64,000 bases of DNA from a virus (taxonomy: Duplodnaviria > Caudoviricetes), in IMG/VR virus record IMGVR_UViG_3300010340_001122. One strand, 5' to 3'. The position numbers and the translations under genes were made by a program. Below, piece after piece: positions 41,620-52,993 of this stretch. How positions within the stretch are numbered: position 1 is the first letter of the stretch; each line of letters opens with the position of its first letter. The notes beneath the pieces are model-generated. The model was not told the origin of the DNA. It did no database searches and was given only the letters and a program-made list of their open reading frames with translations.

Positions 41620-41876
41620 TTTTTAAAAATCAAATCTATTTTTAGATCTCTACTTTCATCTATTGACATGAAATATCCGGCGTAATAAAACTGATTATTT
41701 TCAAAATCATCAATTATAATATATCCTGGATTTCCATGATAAAATCCAGCTGGATTAGTAGAAGATAAATCATCAATAACTTCATATACCTTTAAATATG
41801 TAAGTGTTGATATATCGTTTACTTTACAAACAACTTTCATTTTCAATTGATCCGATACAAACATTATTTTTATCAA
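41616..41876 (-). CDS. small protein with C-terminal tag
   Basis: SRDLKIDLIF; probable start at MKVVC. Confidence 0.65.
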   Translation of the reverse strand: MIKIMFVSDQLKMKVVCKVNDISTLTYLKVYEVIDDLSSTNPAGFYHGNPGYIIIDDFENNQFYYAGYFMSIDESRDLKIDLIFKN

Positions 41877-42036
41877 TTTTGTTATTTATTCCCCAGGTAT
41901 CATTTATAATCATATGACAAGCATGAACTCCACTCTGAATATATCCCTTTTCTGTCATTTTAGAAACATACCCAGGCCACTTTTCACTATGCACTGATTT
42001 AGTGTTCCATGGACATTCTTTACAAGATTTTCTCAT
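41824..42036 (-). CDS. small Cys-rich protein
   Basis: CKECPW...HACH...CIG. Confidence 0.65.
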   Translation of the reverse strand: MRKSCKECPWNTKSVHSEKWPGYVSKMTEKGYIQSGVHACHMIINDTWGINNKIDKNNVCIGSIENESCL

Positions 42037-42311
42037 TTCAATATAAGTTTAATTCTTTCATCACGTTCATCTTCTTTGGTGACTATTCTGTAAATAGAAT
42101 TTAAAGTTCTAAATTCTTTATCACCAATTAATTCAGTAATTGGTGTTGTTCTCAATTCTGGAAATCCTAAATCATTAAACAAATAAAAAGACATACCAAC
42201 TTCTGGCCAATTTTCGAATTGACCAGAAAAAATATCACCGGTTTTAATTTGCATATATATTTCATCTTTGTTTGAAATATTCTTTATTTTAAAGACTTTT
42301 GCTTTTATCAT
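42033..42311 (-). CDS. hypothetical protein with C-terminal tag
   Basis: RTT.I...FRTLNSIY; ERDERIKLIL. Confidence 0.7.
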   Translation of the reverse strand: MIKAKVFKIKNISNKDEIYMQIKTGDIFSGQFENWPEVGMSFYLFNDLGFPELRTTPITELIGDKEFRTLNSIYRIVTKEDERDERIKLILK

Positions 42312-42334
42312 ATTAAAAATTAAATATATAATGT

Positions 42335-42631
42335 ATGAAGAAAGGTAATGGTAACAAGGATGATAGTTTTATTGATGAAATTGTTTTAACATTTTCAAAT
42401 AAAAAGTCTTTGCTAAGTTCTAAAAAAATTGAAAGATTTGTTATATTTAACGTTTTTTTAGTTTTAACTATATTTTATATTTGGAAAAATATTGATACTA
42501 TGGATACAAGAGATTTTATTGAAATAACTCTTGTTTGGTTAGGTTATGGCGGTTATAATTCTTTTATGAGTTTTAAAGATAAAAAATTAGATTCTCAAGA
42601 ATCGGGTCCTGATGATCCTAATCTTGTTTGA
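42335..42631 (+). CDS. 2-TM membrane protein (holin-like candidate)
   Basis: Two TMs, charged termini, near lysozyme. Confidence 0.5.
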   Translation: MKKGNGNKDDSFIDEIVLTFSNKKSLLSSKKIERFVIFNVFLVLTIFYIWKNIDTMDTRDFIEITLVWLGYGGYNSFMSFKDKKLDSQESGPDDPNLV

Positions 42632-43025
42632 TAAAATATAACCATACAAAATCAGTATATTCAATCATTAGAAATGTTATTAGTTGATTAGTTGATCCAA
42701 TGCTACAATGAAATATAGATTCCTTATCAGATATTAAAAATGTCCTAAATCTATTAGTTATCTTTGGATCATCTGGTGAAACACCAATGTAATCAATTTC
42801 ACAATTAATAATATCATATTCTTTTATTTCTGAAGAGTATATTTTTATTTTATTATCATTTATATCTACTAATATATCACAATAAATTGAAGATTCTCTA
42901 ATCCATGTTACTGAATCTTTATTGTTTTTAATACCTCTAACAAATTTATATGATTTTAAAGAATCTTGAGAAAAAATTGTTGTTGATAAAATCAGTGATG
43001 TTAATAACGTTATTATTTTAATCAT
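42618..43025 (-). CDS. hypothetical secreted protein
   Basis: Signal peptide ending FSQ. Confidence 0.65.
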   Translation of the reverse strand: MIKIITLLTSLILSTTIFSQDSLKSYKFVRGIKNNKDSVTWIRESSIYCDILVDINDNKIKIYSSEIKEYDIINCEIDYIGVSPDDPKITNRFRTFLISDKESIFHCSIGSTNQLITFLMIEYTDFVWLYFIKQD

Positions 43026-43122
43026 TAAAAATTAATTTTTACAAATATAGTATTATATTTTTAAATTTGAAAATTGTTCTTATTATTCTTATTTAATATA
43101 TAAGATAAATCAATAAATTAAC

Positions 43123-45024
43123 TTGGCTTATATTCAACAAGAAAATCCGATGCCATTTGTGGGTGGATATATAACCTTTGAGGTTGATAATAATGATTGG
43201 GCTACTTTTGGTCAAACTGTTTTAGTTTCCACACCAAATCCTGGATCTATTATTATAGGATATTTCACTATTTATAATATTATCTTTTCACCAAGACTGT
43301 TATTGGTATGCATTAACGATCCTTTATATACATCATATAATTTGCCACCAACAACCCCTATACCACAAGGATGCTATATAGGACCTGGAGCGCCACCACT
43401 TGGTCCAGCTGGATCCAGTGGTGTGCAAGGACCTACTGGACCAAGTGGTGGTCCACAAGGACCTCAAGGAAATACTGGAGTTCAGGGACCACAAGGACCA
43501 TCTGGATCTCAAGGATCACAAGGACTCCAAGGAAATACTGGGTCTCAAGGAAATACTGGAGTTCAAGGACCACAAGGACCATCTGGATCTCAAGGACCAC
43601 AAGGACTCCAAGGAAATACTGGAGTTCAAGGACCACAAGGACCATCTGGATCTCAAGGACCACAAGGACTCCAAGGAAATACTGGAGTTCAAGGACCACA
43701 AGGACCATCTGGATCTCAAGGACCACAAGGACTCCAAGGAAATACTGGAGTTCAAGGAAATACTGGAGTTCAAGGACCACAAGGACCATCTGGATCTCAA
43801 GGAACACAAGGACTCCAAGGAAATACTGGGTCTCAAGGAAATACTGGAGTTCAAGGACCACAAGGACCCGGAATAGAAGTCACAAATTTTTCTGATGATA
43901 GAGTTTTAACATCTGATGGGACACAATATGGAGCAAATGCTGAAGATAATTTAACATTTGATGGATATTTATTAACAGTTATTGGTAGTGCGACTATATC
44001 TGGTACACTAAGTGTTTCTGGATATAGTTTTCCAAATTTTGATGGGTTAGATGGCCAATTTATATACACAAATGGAGATGGGATTTTAGGATGGACTTAT
44101 TCGATTGGTGGTAGTGGATCAGTTGGACCTCAAGGAGATCCAGGACCACAAGGAGATGCAGGATCACCAGGACCACAAGGAGATCCAGGACCACAAGGAG
44201 ATGCTGGATCACCGGGACCTCAAGGAGATCCAGGACCACAAGGAGATGCTGGATCACCAGGACCACAAGGAGATCCGGGACCACAAGGAGATGCTGGATC
44301 ACCGGGACCACAAGGAGATCCGGGACCACAAGGAGATGCTGGATCACCGGGACCTCAAGGAGATCCAGGACCTCAAGGAGATCCAGGACCTCAAGGAAAT
44401 ACAGGACCACAAGGAAATACAGGACCACAAGGAAATACAGGACCACAAGGAAATACAGGACCTCAAGGAAATACAGGACCACAAGGAAATACAGGACCAC
44501 AAGGATCTGGTGGTGGAGATACAGGGCCACAAGGAAATACAGGACCACAAGGATCTGGAACAATTGGAAATACAGGACCTCAAGGAAATACAGGACCACA
44601 AGGATCTGGTGGTGGAAATACAGGACCTCAAGGAAATACAGGACCACAAGGATCTGGTGGTGGAAATACAGGACCTCAAGGAAATACAGGACCATCCGGT
44701 GAAAGCACTGTAGTTTCACTGACAGATGTCTCATCAATATCAACAGATGCTTCTTTGGGTAATGTCTTTTATGTTACATTAGGTGGAAATAGAACTCTTT
44801 CAAATCCAACCAATCCTACAAGTGGTAAAAGAATTATTTGGAGAATTAAACAAGATGCTACTGGGGGTAGATCTATTTCTTTGGATACGAAATTTAGACT
44901 TGGCACAGATATAACGTCTGTTGTACTTTCAACATCCCCTGATGTGACTGATTATATAGGTGCTATATATAATGCTCAAGATGATAAATGGGATATTATA
45001 GCATTTGTTAAAGGGTTCTCTTAA
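43123..45024 (+). CDS. collagen-like (Gly-X-Y) fibre protein
   Basis: Two long GPQG/GNTG/GDPG tracts; C-terminal [11 protein letters not shown]...QDATGGR domain. Confidence 0.88.
   Translation: MAYIQQENPMPFVGGYITFEVDNNDWATFGQTVLVSTPNPGSIIIGYFTIYNIIFSPRLLLVCINDPLYTSYNLPPTTPIPQGCYIGPGAPPLGPAGSSGVQGPTGPSGGPQGPQGNTGVQGPQGPSGSQGSQGLQGNTGSQGNTGVQGPQGPSGSQGPQGLQGNTGVQGPQGPSGSQGPQGLQGNTGVQGPQGPSGSQGPQGLQGNTGVQGNTGVQGPQGPSGSQGTQGLQGNTGSQGNTGVQGPQGPGIEVTNFSDDRVLTSDGTQYGANAEDNLTFDGYLLTVIGSATISGTLSVSGYSFPNFDGLDGQFIYTNGDGILGWTYSIGGSGSVGPQGDPGPQGDAGSPGPQGDPGPQGDAGSPGPQGDPGPQGDAGSPGPQGDPGPQGDAGSPGPQGDPGPQGDAGSPGPQGDPGPQGDPGPQGNTGPQGNTGPQGNTGPQGNTGPQGNTGPQGNTGPQGSGGGDTGPQGNTGPQGSGTIGNTGPQGNTGPQGSGGGNTGPQGNTGPQGSGGGNTGPQGNTGPSGESTVVSLTDVSSISTDASLGNVFYVTLGGNRTLSNPTNPTSGKRIIWRIKQDATGGRSISLDTKFRLGTDITSVVLSTSPDVTDYIGAIYNAQDDKWDIIAFVKGFS
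43400..44700 (+). repeat. tandem repeats encoding collagen triplets (about 43400-43870 and 44125-44700)
   Basis: Repeated ggaccacaagga units. Confidence 0.9.
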
Positions 45025-45224
45025 AAATAATAAATAGTATTATGTGGACATATGAATATATTAATAAATCTATTTCATCAGATTCGTACATTCGAACACT
45101 AGTTGTTTATATTGATACCATCGAATATGCTCGAGAATATGTTAAAATGTTTGAAGATGATGAAACAAAATGGGATGATTTTGCAAATTCACATATATTA
45201 TATTTAAAATCGATGTTATAAAAA

Positions 45225-47762
45225 ATGGCGTATCTGTTAAGTAAACAAAGTGGAAATTGGTCTTCGTCATCAACATGGGAGGTCGCAGGATTTACCTCTA
45301 TAGTAGTTGCAGCTGCGTTGAGTGTAACTACAGCTTATGTTGCTAGTTCATCATCTACACCAGGAGCAATAACAATGACAGGAGTTTGGTTATATTTATA
45401 TAGTAGAGCGACCACACCATCTGGTACAGTAGATATTCAACTTTGGAACAGCACATCATCTGTTCAAGTAGCAATAGTTACAGTGAATATCAGTGATTTA
45501 CCAAAAACTCCGGTTTTGGGAGCAGGTAGAGGTATTTTTTTTAGATTTTCATCACCAGTAATACTTCTAGCAGCAACATCATATCAGATTAGGATAAAAG
45601 CTACTTCTGCTAATAAAGTTGCATTTTGGAGAACTGCAACAAGTTCGACAGATTGGGCAAGAATATTTGTAACCTCAACTAACGCTACTCCAAGTGTTTC
45701 AGATATTATGTTTATACAAGGTAGTTATGACGGAGTTGGATCTTCGACAGATATAACAGTAACTATGGATAATAATAATTCCACTTTATACGGAGCTGTA
45801 ATGACAGGACTCAAGGGAACTTTAGATTGGGTAACGAACGCATCAACTGAACTTAGATTAAATGGTGAAGTTTGGTCAGCTTCTTCTGTTTCATTATTAG
45901 TATCAGCGGGTACTTTTAAAATGGGTTCAACATCATCAAGAATCGAATCTGGATTTACGGCTAGTTTAATAATAGATGCTGGTGTATTAAGTGCAAAAAG
46001 AATTCAAGTTCAATATGGTGAATTCATAGCGGCTGGGTCAACTATGTCTTATACTTGGACAACGCTTGACTCAGATGTATCAATTGGTAGTACATCAGCA
46101 ACCACATCCGTTGCAACTGGATGGGGTATTGGGAGTGATATAGTCATTTCACCAACGATTAGACATACTAGTACATCAACGACGATACAATATGATCGTA
46201 GAACTCTAACATCAGTATCTGGTACGAGTTTAGGCTTTTCATCATTAACATATCCACACTCCGGAACAGGTGATATATCAGCAGATGTGATAAATTTAAG
46301 TAGAAATTGTAAAATAAAATCATTGGTTCCAACTTTAAGAACTTATATGTTGGGATCTAGTTTAGATTCTAATATAAACCTAAATGATGTTGAATTTATA
46401 AATTTTGGATCAGGTCAATCATCAACAGGTGCTATAACTTTTAATGGTGGAGGTGCTTCCGGATCACTATATGTTAAAAACTGTTCATTTAATGATTGTT
46501 CTAGTGGAGTTGTTTTTACAACAACGACCAATTTTTATAATTGTATCGTCGATAATTGTGTATATAGTACAAGAGCTGCAACTACTGGTGCTCTTGTATA
46601 TCATGGATCATTAGTAACTACTCAACCAATATCTATAAATTCATATATATCAAATAATTGTATGATTTTTGGTGGAACATCATCTCAAGCAGGTGGGATA
46701 ATATTATACAATAACGCAATAGATGTTGAAAATAATAGTATATCAGGAATTCAAATAGCTTCTAGTTTTCAATATGGACAAGCAATAACTTATATTATAA
46801 GTGGTAAATTTAATAATAATATTGGAAGATTTTGTGGAAATGGACTTTTACTATATTTTGCTGATTCTTTAATAACTGGTTATCATCCAACTGGTAATAA
46901 ATCAATATTTAATTTAGGATATGGATTTTATTTACCAGGAATAACAAATACTAGAATTAATGATTTAGTTGCAATTGGTAATTCTACCAATCTATTAGGT
47001 GCATATTCTGTCAGCGCAACCACCAAAAATGTTATAATCAATAATGCTAATATACAGAGCGATTCAACATACACAAGTGCTGTTGGACTTTTATTATCTT
47101 TAAGTACTTATCCATCTAGATCCGCGTCAGTAGAATTAACTTTTAATAATTGCAATATTGGAAACTCGGAGTCACATACAACAGCTGATATCAGATTTTC
47201 AGCTGATTCAGATCAAGATTGTAATTTATTATTTAACAATTGTGGTTTAGGATCATCAATAGAAGTTTCACAACCACAATATATGTCCATAAACTCTAAA
47301 GTGGCTTTTCAACGAGTTGATCAAGTTAATGGTGCTCATAGAACATACTATAAGAACGGATTAGTTATTTTAGATACAACTATTTATAGGTCATCCGGGA
47401 AAAGTGTTAGATTGACACCATCAACAACATCACTTCAAAATTTTGGACTAAAAAAAATCCCAGTTAGAGAAGGAACAACCCCATCTATATCTGTGTGGGT
47501 TAGAAAATCAGAAACATCTGATGGTTCAGATTATAACGGAACACAACCTAGATTATGGTTAAAAAACAACCAAGCTATTGCAAACTTCGGAACATATGAT
47601 GATATCATATTAGCCACCGCGTCAGGTACTAATGGGGTTTGGGAGCAACTAAGTGCTACCTTACCTGTTATCTCATATGAAGACACAGCATTTGAGGTAT
47701 ATTTAGATTGTAGTGGAACATCAGGATGGGTTAATGTGGATGATTGGAGGGTCTCACTATAA
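45225..47762 (+). CDS. large S/T/G-rich beta-strand protein (putative tail/fibre-associated)
   Basis: 845 aa; SGNWSSSSTW start; beta-helix-like N-rich region. Confidence 0.75.
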   Translation: MAYLLSKQSGNWSSSSTWEVAGFTSIVVAAALSVTTAYVASSSSTPGAITMTGVWLYLYSRATTPSGTVDIQLWNSTSSVQVAIVTVNISDLPKTPVLGAGRGIFFRFSSPVILLAATSYQIRIKATSANKVAFWRTATSSTDWARIFVTSTNATPSVSDIMFIQGSYDGVGSSTDITVTMDNNNSTLYGAVMTGLKGTLDWVTNASTELRLNGEVWSASSVSLLVSAGTFKMGSTSSRIESGFTASLIIDAGVLSAKRIQVQYGEFIAAGSTMSYTWTTLDSDVSIGSTSATTSVATGWGIGSDIVISPTIRHTSTSTTIQYDRRTLTSVSGTSLGFSSLTYPHSGTGDISADVINLSRNCKIKSLVPTLRTYMLGSSLDSNINLNDVEFINFGSGQSSTGAITFNGGGASGSLYVKNCSFNDCSSGVVFTTTTNFYNCIVDNCVYSTRAATTGALVYHGSLVTTQPISINSYISNNCMIFGGTSSQAGGIILYNNAIDVENNSISGIQIASSFQYGQAITYIISGKFNNNIGRFCGNGLLLYFADSLITGYHPTGNKSIFNLGYGFYLPGITNTRINDLVAIGNSTNLLGAYSVSATTKNVIINNANIQSDSTYTSAVGLLLSLSTYPSRSASVELTFNNCNIGNSESHTTADIRFSADSDQDCNLLFNNCGLGSSIEVSQPQYMSINSKVAFQRVDQVNGAHRTYYKNGLVILDTTIYRSSGKSVRLTPSTTSLQNFGLKKIPVREGTTPSISVWVRKSETSDGSDYNGTQPRLWLKNNQAIANFGTYDDIILATASGTNGVWEQLSATLPVISYEDTAFEVYLDCSGTSGWVNVDDWRVSL

Positions 47763-47932
47763 TGAATAATAGTTCAGACAACGGCCAAGAATCTATCTGG
47801 ATAGATGGTATACCTTATACATCATATAATACCGGACTTCCAGTTAAAGAGGAGTGTTTCTGGGTAGATGGTGAGAGTTTTATATTTTTAATGTCTGATC
47901 CAACTGATGGATCATTTTTAGAATTTTTCTAA
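47744..47932 (+). CDS. small acidic protein
   Basis: WIDG/WVDG repeat; probable start at 47762. Confidence 0.5.
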   Translation: MEGLTIMNNSSDNGQESIWIDGIPYTSYNTGLPVKEECFWVDGESFIFLMSDPTDGSFLEFF

Positions 47933-48444
47933 TCTGATTTTCTTTTTCCAAATAAGAAAGATATGCTTGCTCCAAATTGTGGTTTAATATTAATCAAATC
48001 ACTTTGTGATGATACTCTTAAATCTAAAGAGATTCTATCAATATCAGCACCAATACCTACAATTGGTGCAATATAGTTTGGATTTGATTTATATGTTAAT
48101 GTATTTAAACCTCTTTTGGTGGATCCGATAAATGATAGATCAGATCTTAATTCACCACCTATATTAAATCTTATAGTTCTAAGTGCTCTAATTCCAAATA
48201 AAATAGGAATTCTCATTTCAGAAAATTGTGATTTTTTGGAATCCCAAGTTAAATTTACTTCGGGTTGAATATATTTCCAATTTTTTATTCTTCGAACAGT
48301 GAATCCAAATTGCAAAGTGTTGTATTCAAATTTTTCCGAATTACTTACTAATCCAATATTGGGTCCATAATTTGTTATGGGCTTATTTTGTCCAAACGAT
48401 AATGAAAATATAAAGACTAAAATAACTGTTAGTAGATTTTTCAT
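47929..48444 (-). CDS. putative outer-membrane beta-barrel protein
   Basis: Signal peptide, alternating strands, ISFLF near C-terminus. Confidence 0.6.
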   Translation of the reverse strand: MKNLLTVILVFIFSLSFGQNKPITNYGPNIGLVSNSEKFEYNTLQFGFTVRRIKNWKYIQPEVNLTWDSKKSQFSEMRIPILFGIRALRTIRFNIGGELRSDLSFIGSTKRGLNTLTYKSNPNYIAPIVGIGADIDRISLDLRVSSQSDLINIKPQFGASISFLFGKRKSD

Positions 48445-48504
48445 TCAATAAATATAATGAAATTTTTAAAACTTGCCAACTTTTTTACTATAAAATAATA
48501 ATAT

Positions 48505-48852
48505 ATGGTTCTAATATTTAACATAATAATTCAAATTTTTTGGGTAATCTTCATTTTGTTTATCTGGTTCAAAACAGATGCTTTTATTCAATATGTTAAA
48601 CTCTTTAAACTTAGTAGAATAACTAAGGTAAATTTATGGGAATCTTATCGATTATCAAATCCTAAAATTACTTATTTAGAATATATATCTATAAAATATC
48701 GTAATTTTTTCACTAAACTTATAACTTGTAAGCCTTGTCTAACTTTTTGGATAGTTTTAATTTTAGTTTTAATTTTTAATTCAGTGTATCTATTTCCAAT
48801 AATATATATGTTATCTTATATAATATATAAAATACTAGAAAAATATGTCTAA
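48505..48852 (+). CDS. membrane protein with CxxC
   Basis: LITCKPCLTFW. Confidence 0.65.
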   Translation: MVLIFNIIIQIFWVIFILFIWFKTDAFIQYVKLFKLSRITKVNLWESYRLSNPKITYLEYISIKYRNFFTKLITCKPCLTFWIVLILVLIFNSVYLFPIIYMLSYIIYKILEKYV

Positions 48853-49126
48853 TTTTGAAGTAACAAGAAGTTTAGTTATAAATTCTCCTCAAGAGTTTTA
48901 TAAAATAGTTAAAGACTCTGGTATAGATATTAAAAATTTAATACCATTTATGGATAGAATTGAATTATTTCTATATGGTTGTCCTTGTGAGGCAGAAACA
49001 CATTGGGATCAAACAATTTTAGAATATCGTAAAATATCTAAATTAAATTTAGATGAATTGAAAGATAAAATTGGATGTATTTCAATTCAATTTCATCTTG
49101 ATGGCACTATATTATTTAATATTTAA
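48845..49126 (+). CDS. hypothetical protein
   Basis: GCPC motif. Confidence 0.65.
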   Translation: MSNFEVTRSLVINSPQEFYKIVKDSGIDIKNLIPFMDRIELFLYGCPCEAETHWDQTILEYRKISKLNLDELKDKIGCISIQFHLDGTILFNI

Positions 49127-50031
49127 TATTTTTTAATTTTACTAAGTAGATTTGTAAAATCTACTTTCCAATCTTTAAAATAAGTATCTAGAGACCCGAT
49201 AGCAGTATCGATAATAACCCGTCTAATATTTGGATCATCATACATTTTTTTTAACCCCCATACATGTTTAATGTTCCAAGACATATATTGATTAGTGATA
49301 TCAAATCCGATCCTGGGAATCCATTCACTTCCTATATTATCAGATTTTATATGTGGTTGGTATATGTTAGGTATAAGTGTTCCAACATTCATTCCTAATG
49401 TATGTGCTATTGTTGGTAACAAACGTTGCTCAATAAAAATAGTATCAACTGACATTTCTTTTTTAATACTATCTTTATTATTTTGTATTACTTTCAAACT
49501 CCATTTATACCATTCATTTATTAAATTTTTTGAATTTAAGTATAAAAATGCACAATTTATTGGAACAATAGACCAATTAAAGAGTTTCAAATCTTTATTA
49601 TTCATGAAATTATTAGGATCGATATAAGGATTATCCGGATGATTTAAACTTTGCTCCGGATGGTAACCTATAAATTGAAAGTCCGAATCTATATTTATAG
49701 GCTCTTGTATCCAAAGATCAGTATCTATAATAACAAAATCTTTATCTTTTTTTGATATATCAAATGCCGCTTCTATTTTACAGAAACTCCAATATTTGTT
49801 AAGATATTCTTTATACGGTATTTTATCTAAACACTCTGTGTTTATTTCATCATAGAGATTATCTATTCCCCATTTTTTTATGAAGTTTAAATACTCAGAG
49901 TTACAATAAAGACTCATTTTGCCTTCATTTTTTTTCCAAAATAAAATTGAAGCAATCTGAACAAGATAATTTATCTCTTCAAAATCACTATCAATATTTT
50001 TGGATTGATAAAAAACATGATATCCATTCAT
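49123..50031 (-). CDS. putative GT-A-fold glycosyltransferase-like protein
   Basis: W..CK, IIDTDLW DxD, NCA, EQRLL, HVWG. Confidence 0.65.
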   Translation of the reverse strand: MNGYHVFYQSKNIDSDFEEINYLVQIASILFWKKNEGKMSLYCNSEYLNFIKKWGIDNLYDEINTECLDKIPYKEYLNKYWSFCKIEAAFDISKKDKDFVIIDTDLWIQEPINIDSDFQFIGYHPEQSLNHPDNPYIDPNNFMNNKDLKLFNWSIVPINCAFLYLNSKNLINEWYKWSLKVIQNNKDSIKKEMSVDTIFIEQRLLPTIAHTLGMNVGTLIPNIYQPHIKSDNIGSEWIPRIGFDITNQYMSWNIKHVWGLKKMYDDPNIRRVIIDTAIGSLDTYFKDWKVDFTNLLSKIKKY

Positions 50032-50247
50032 AAAACTTATATAATTTTTTTTAATATCAGTTTTATGTATAACGAACTAAAATCTACAATAAAAGAAATA
50101 AAAAAATCTAAGTCTAAAAATTCTCAAACAAATAAACATATACAATATTCACAATATGTTGCAGAACATATTGATAAAACAATAAAATATACAGATTATT
50201 TGGCTGAACAGTGTTATATATCAACAAGTTACCATGAATATAAATGA
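50005..50247 (+). CDS. hypothetical protein
   Basis: YSQYVAE/YTDYLAE repeat; probable start at MYNELK. Confidence 0.5.
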   Translation: MIKNMISIHKTYIIFFNISFMYNELKSTIKEIKKSKSKNSQTNKHIQYSQYVAEHIDKTIKYTDYLAEQCYISTSYHEYK

Positions 50248-50941
50248 TTATTTTGATAAAATTTATCTTTTAAATTTACACAAAAGGAAAGATAGGCTAA
50301 ATAAGTCAACTGCTAAATTAGATAGTTTAAATATAAAATATGATGTATTTAATGGTACTGATGGTTCTGTTATTCAGAAATTATGGAATAAATTAGATAA
50401 TCCAAATTTCACAAATCCTAATTATGTTGGATGTGCTATTTCACATCTATCAATTTATCAAGATGCTTTACACAATGAATATGAAAAGATTCTTATTATA
50501 GAAGATGATAATTTAATTCATAATGAAGTTGTGAATATATTTGATAGTTTAATTATACCAGACTGGTCAGATTTATTTTATCTTGGATATATACCATTGA
50601 ATGATGATTGTAGTATGTGGGATTATTCATTTGGTATTCAAGGACATAATTTTATATGTGATAAGATATTTAAACCCACAAATCTTTGGGGATTATTTGC
50701 TTATGGTATAAAGTCTGATCTTATGAGAGAAATGGTAAACTTATATAATCAAGAATTTCCAATGGAAATTGATAGGTACTTTGTTAATAATATACAAAAA
50801 AGGGGAAATTCGATTGCGATTTCCCCTCAATTATTTTGTTGCGATGATAATATTTATTCTGATAATTTAGGATTCACACCACCAAATATGACTCAAAAAT
50901 CTATAGATACTCGATTTGCAAATATATCAGATTATATCTAA
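50234..50941 (+). CDS. glycosyltransferase family 25
   Basis: LNL..RKDR, GCAISH, LIIEDD, YLG. Confidence 0.85.
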   Translation: MNINDYFDKIYLLNLHKRKDRLNKSTAKLDSLNIKYDVFNGTDGSVIQKLWNKLDNPNFTNPNYVGCAISHLSIYQDALHNEYEKILIIEDDNLIHNEVVNIFDSLIIPDWSDLFYLGYIPLNDDCSMWDYSFGIQGHNFICDKIFKPTNLWGLFAYGIKSDLMREMVNLYNQEFPMEIDRYFVNNIQKRGNSIAISPQLFCCDDNIYSDNLGFTPPNMTQKSIDTRFANISDYI

Positions 50942-51501
50942 TCTAAAATACTTAAGAGTGTTTCATCTCTTCTAAGTGTTCTTAATTCTTTATCTATCGA
51001 CTCTTTAATTATTTGGTAATGTGAAAACTGTTCATCATATTTATCTTGATTTTTATCACAAACAATTTTCCATAGATATTGTTTTATCAAAATCGAGATA
51101 TCTTTATTAGATTCAGTTTCATCATATGAAATAACACCTTCTTTACTTCTAACATGAAATCCAGCCACTACTAGAGTATTTATATCTCTTGATCTTAACC
51201 TTGTATTTATTTTTATTGATTTCTGTGGGTTACTAAAATGGAATTCATAAAGATCATAGGAATAATTGTAGAAGTCTAATGTCCAGTTTTCAATAGTCAT
51301 TGAATTTAGAACATCTCTTAATGTTTTATTATCTGGATCTACATCATTATAATTTGGCAATGCTTTCAATTTCGGAAGAACCACATAATTATCTTTAATT
51401 ATCTTTTCAAGTTTTTCTAATTTGATAGATTCTAACTTAAAAAGAATAATAACACAAAATGCTATTGAAAGCATTGCAAGAAAAATTGAAAAAAATATCA
51501 T
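50938..51501 (-). CDS. membrane-anchored hypothetical protein with C-terminal tag
   Basis: N-terminal TM; RRDETLLSIL. Confidence 0.7.
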   Translation of the reverse strand: MIFFSIFLAMLSIAFCVIILFKLESIKLEKLEKIIKDNYVVLPKLKALPNYNDVDPDNKTLRDVLNSMTIENWTLDFYNYSYDLYEFHFSNPQKSIKINTRLRSRDINTLVVAGFHVRSKEGVISYDETESNKDISILIKQYLWKIVCDKNQDKYDEQFSHYQIIKESIDKELRTLRRDETLLSILD

Positions 51502-51920
51502 ATATTATATACCAATTTACCATTTACATATCCATATGCATCAACCATTTTATCTAAACGACCTTCGACACGGTACATATAGTTAGATAATAACTGACGA
51601 ATATTTTTATTACCACCAGTATTATCAGAATGAACAAACCAATCAGGTAATTTCTTACCATGATCCATACAATAATTGATTAAGAATTCAGCAGCATCTT
51701 TACCAGTCAATTCTTTTTCGTTTATATCATAGGAGCTAATATCATGGTCAAATGATATAAAATTGATATAGTCAAAATTATTTTTTAATATATCTATAAA
51801 TTGATGATAGTCACGAGCAATAACCCAGTTATTAGCTTTACCAACACCATTACCAAGACCTCGATAATTGTTATGAACAATTGTTGGATCTTTTCTTTTA
51901 TCATCGAGGAATAACCACAT
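51498..51920 (-). CDS. cyclic-phosphate processing receiver-like domain protein
   Basis: LFLDD.R, ISFDHD, TG.D, VHS.N..G. Confidence 0.7.
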   Translation of the reverse strand: MWLFLDDKRKDPTIVHNNYRGLGNGVGKANNWVIARDYHQFIDILKNNFDYINFISFDHDISSYDINEKELTGKDAAEFLINYCMDHGKKLPDWFVHSDNTGGNKNIRQLLSNYMYRVEGRLDKMVDAYGYVNGKLVYNI

Positions 51921-51945
51921 AATTTTTACATTTTAACGAATATAA

Positions 51946-52281
51946 TTAAATAAACTCAATATACCTAATTGTTAGATTAAGTTTTTCAGCAAGCTCAATC
52001 TCTCCTTTTACACCAGTAGATTGATCCCAACCATCTATCATATAAACCCATAGTTCATCAGATTTATATAAAAAAGATTCGCAGAAATTTTTCCAAAATT
52101 TCCAATCACCTGGCATATCTCTAAATTTTAAAAGGTTATGTCCATAGAAAATAGGAGAAATGACAACATTACCCTCAGAAATAAGTTCGGCACACTTGTT
52201 AGCAGTTTGTGCATACCTTTTTTCTATAACATCTTTATCTTTATGTGTATATGGTGTTGCTAAATAGATTACTTTACTCAT
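51946..52281 (-). CDS. DUF1937 / nucleoside deoxyribosyltransferase-like protein
   Basis: IYLATPYT, SPI...H, GWDQSTGV..EI. Confidence 0.75.
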   Translation of the reverse strand: MSKVIYLATPYTHKDKDVIEKRYAQTANKCAELISEGNVVISPIFYGHNLLKFRDMPGDWKFWKNFCESFLYKSDELWVYMIDGWDQSTGVKGEIELAEKLNLTIRYIEFI

Positions 52282-52282
52282 A

Positions 52283-52483
52283 TTAATTACAATTACATTT
52301 AGATTTTACAAAGTTAATAAAATTAAATATTTCACCTTGTTTTGTTTTTATACAAATATCTCCTCTATATTCGACAAAAGAATAATCACTATTCAACATA
52401 AGTTGACTAGCGATTATCTTTTGTTTAGAATTAAATTTATTTAAAATAGGCTTTAATTTTATAAGTATATCAGTATTTTTCAC
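52283..52483 (-). CDS. hypothetical protein
   Basis: 66 aa ORF. Confidence 0.5.
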   Translation of the reverse strand: MKNTDILIKLKPILNKFNSKQKIIASQLMLNSDYSFVEYRGDICIKTKQGEIFNFINFVKSKCNCN

Positions 52484-52493
52484 ATATTATATA

Positions 52494-52925
52494 TTACAAT
52501 GGTAATCCCTTAACAGGATTAGATTGCATAACAAACATTAGAAATAGTGGAAGAGGACCATCAGAATTCATAATGATATTATTTTGGTACTCATATCTAC
52601 CAGAGTAGAGATTTTTACCATTAAACAACATAATAATATCATTATCTGAGTTTCCATAACTTCGATAAATCATGTTATTTTTGATAGTATATAATACTTT
52701 ACTCCAAATTTCATATTGACCATCATAGATGTATTTCCCATCAAATGTTAGGATAACGCTTCCAATATTAGGATATTCTCCTTTATAAAGGCGTTTACCA
52801 TCCCAAGTATATTTAATATCACTTCTTCGAGCATATCTTCCTTCATAGATATGACGACCATCAAAAGTGAAAACTTGATCATTTTGATTTCTATATTGAC
52901 CTCGGAAAATATTAATATTTGACAT
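52494..52925 (-). CDS. protein of about 19-aa (F/W)DG..IY.G.Y repeats
   Basis: 5-6 internal repeats. Confidence 0.75.
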   Translation of the reverse strand: MSNINIFRGQYRNQNDQVFTFDGRHIYEGRYARRSDIKYTWDGKRLYKGEYPNIGSVILTFDGKYIYDGQYEIWSKVLYTIKNNMIYRSYGNSDNDIIMLFNGKNLYSGRYEYQNNIIMNSDGPLPLFLMFVMQSNPVKGLPL

Positions 52926-52993
52926 TTTTCAGTGTTTGTATTACAAATATACAAAAAAATATAAACAAAAAAAATCTTTTAAGTATAATTTAC

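Noticed and set aside
43371-44743. Long alternative-frame ORFs over the collagen repeat
   Set aside because: Shadows of the Gly-X-Y tandem repeat; only 43123..45024 is credible.
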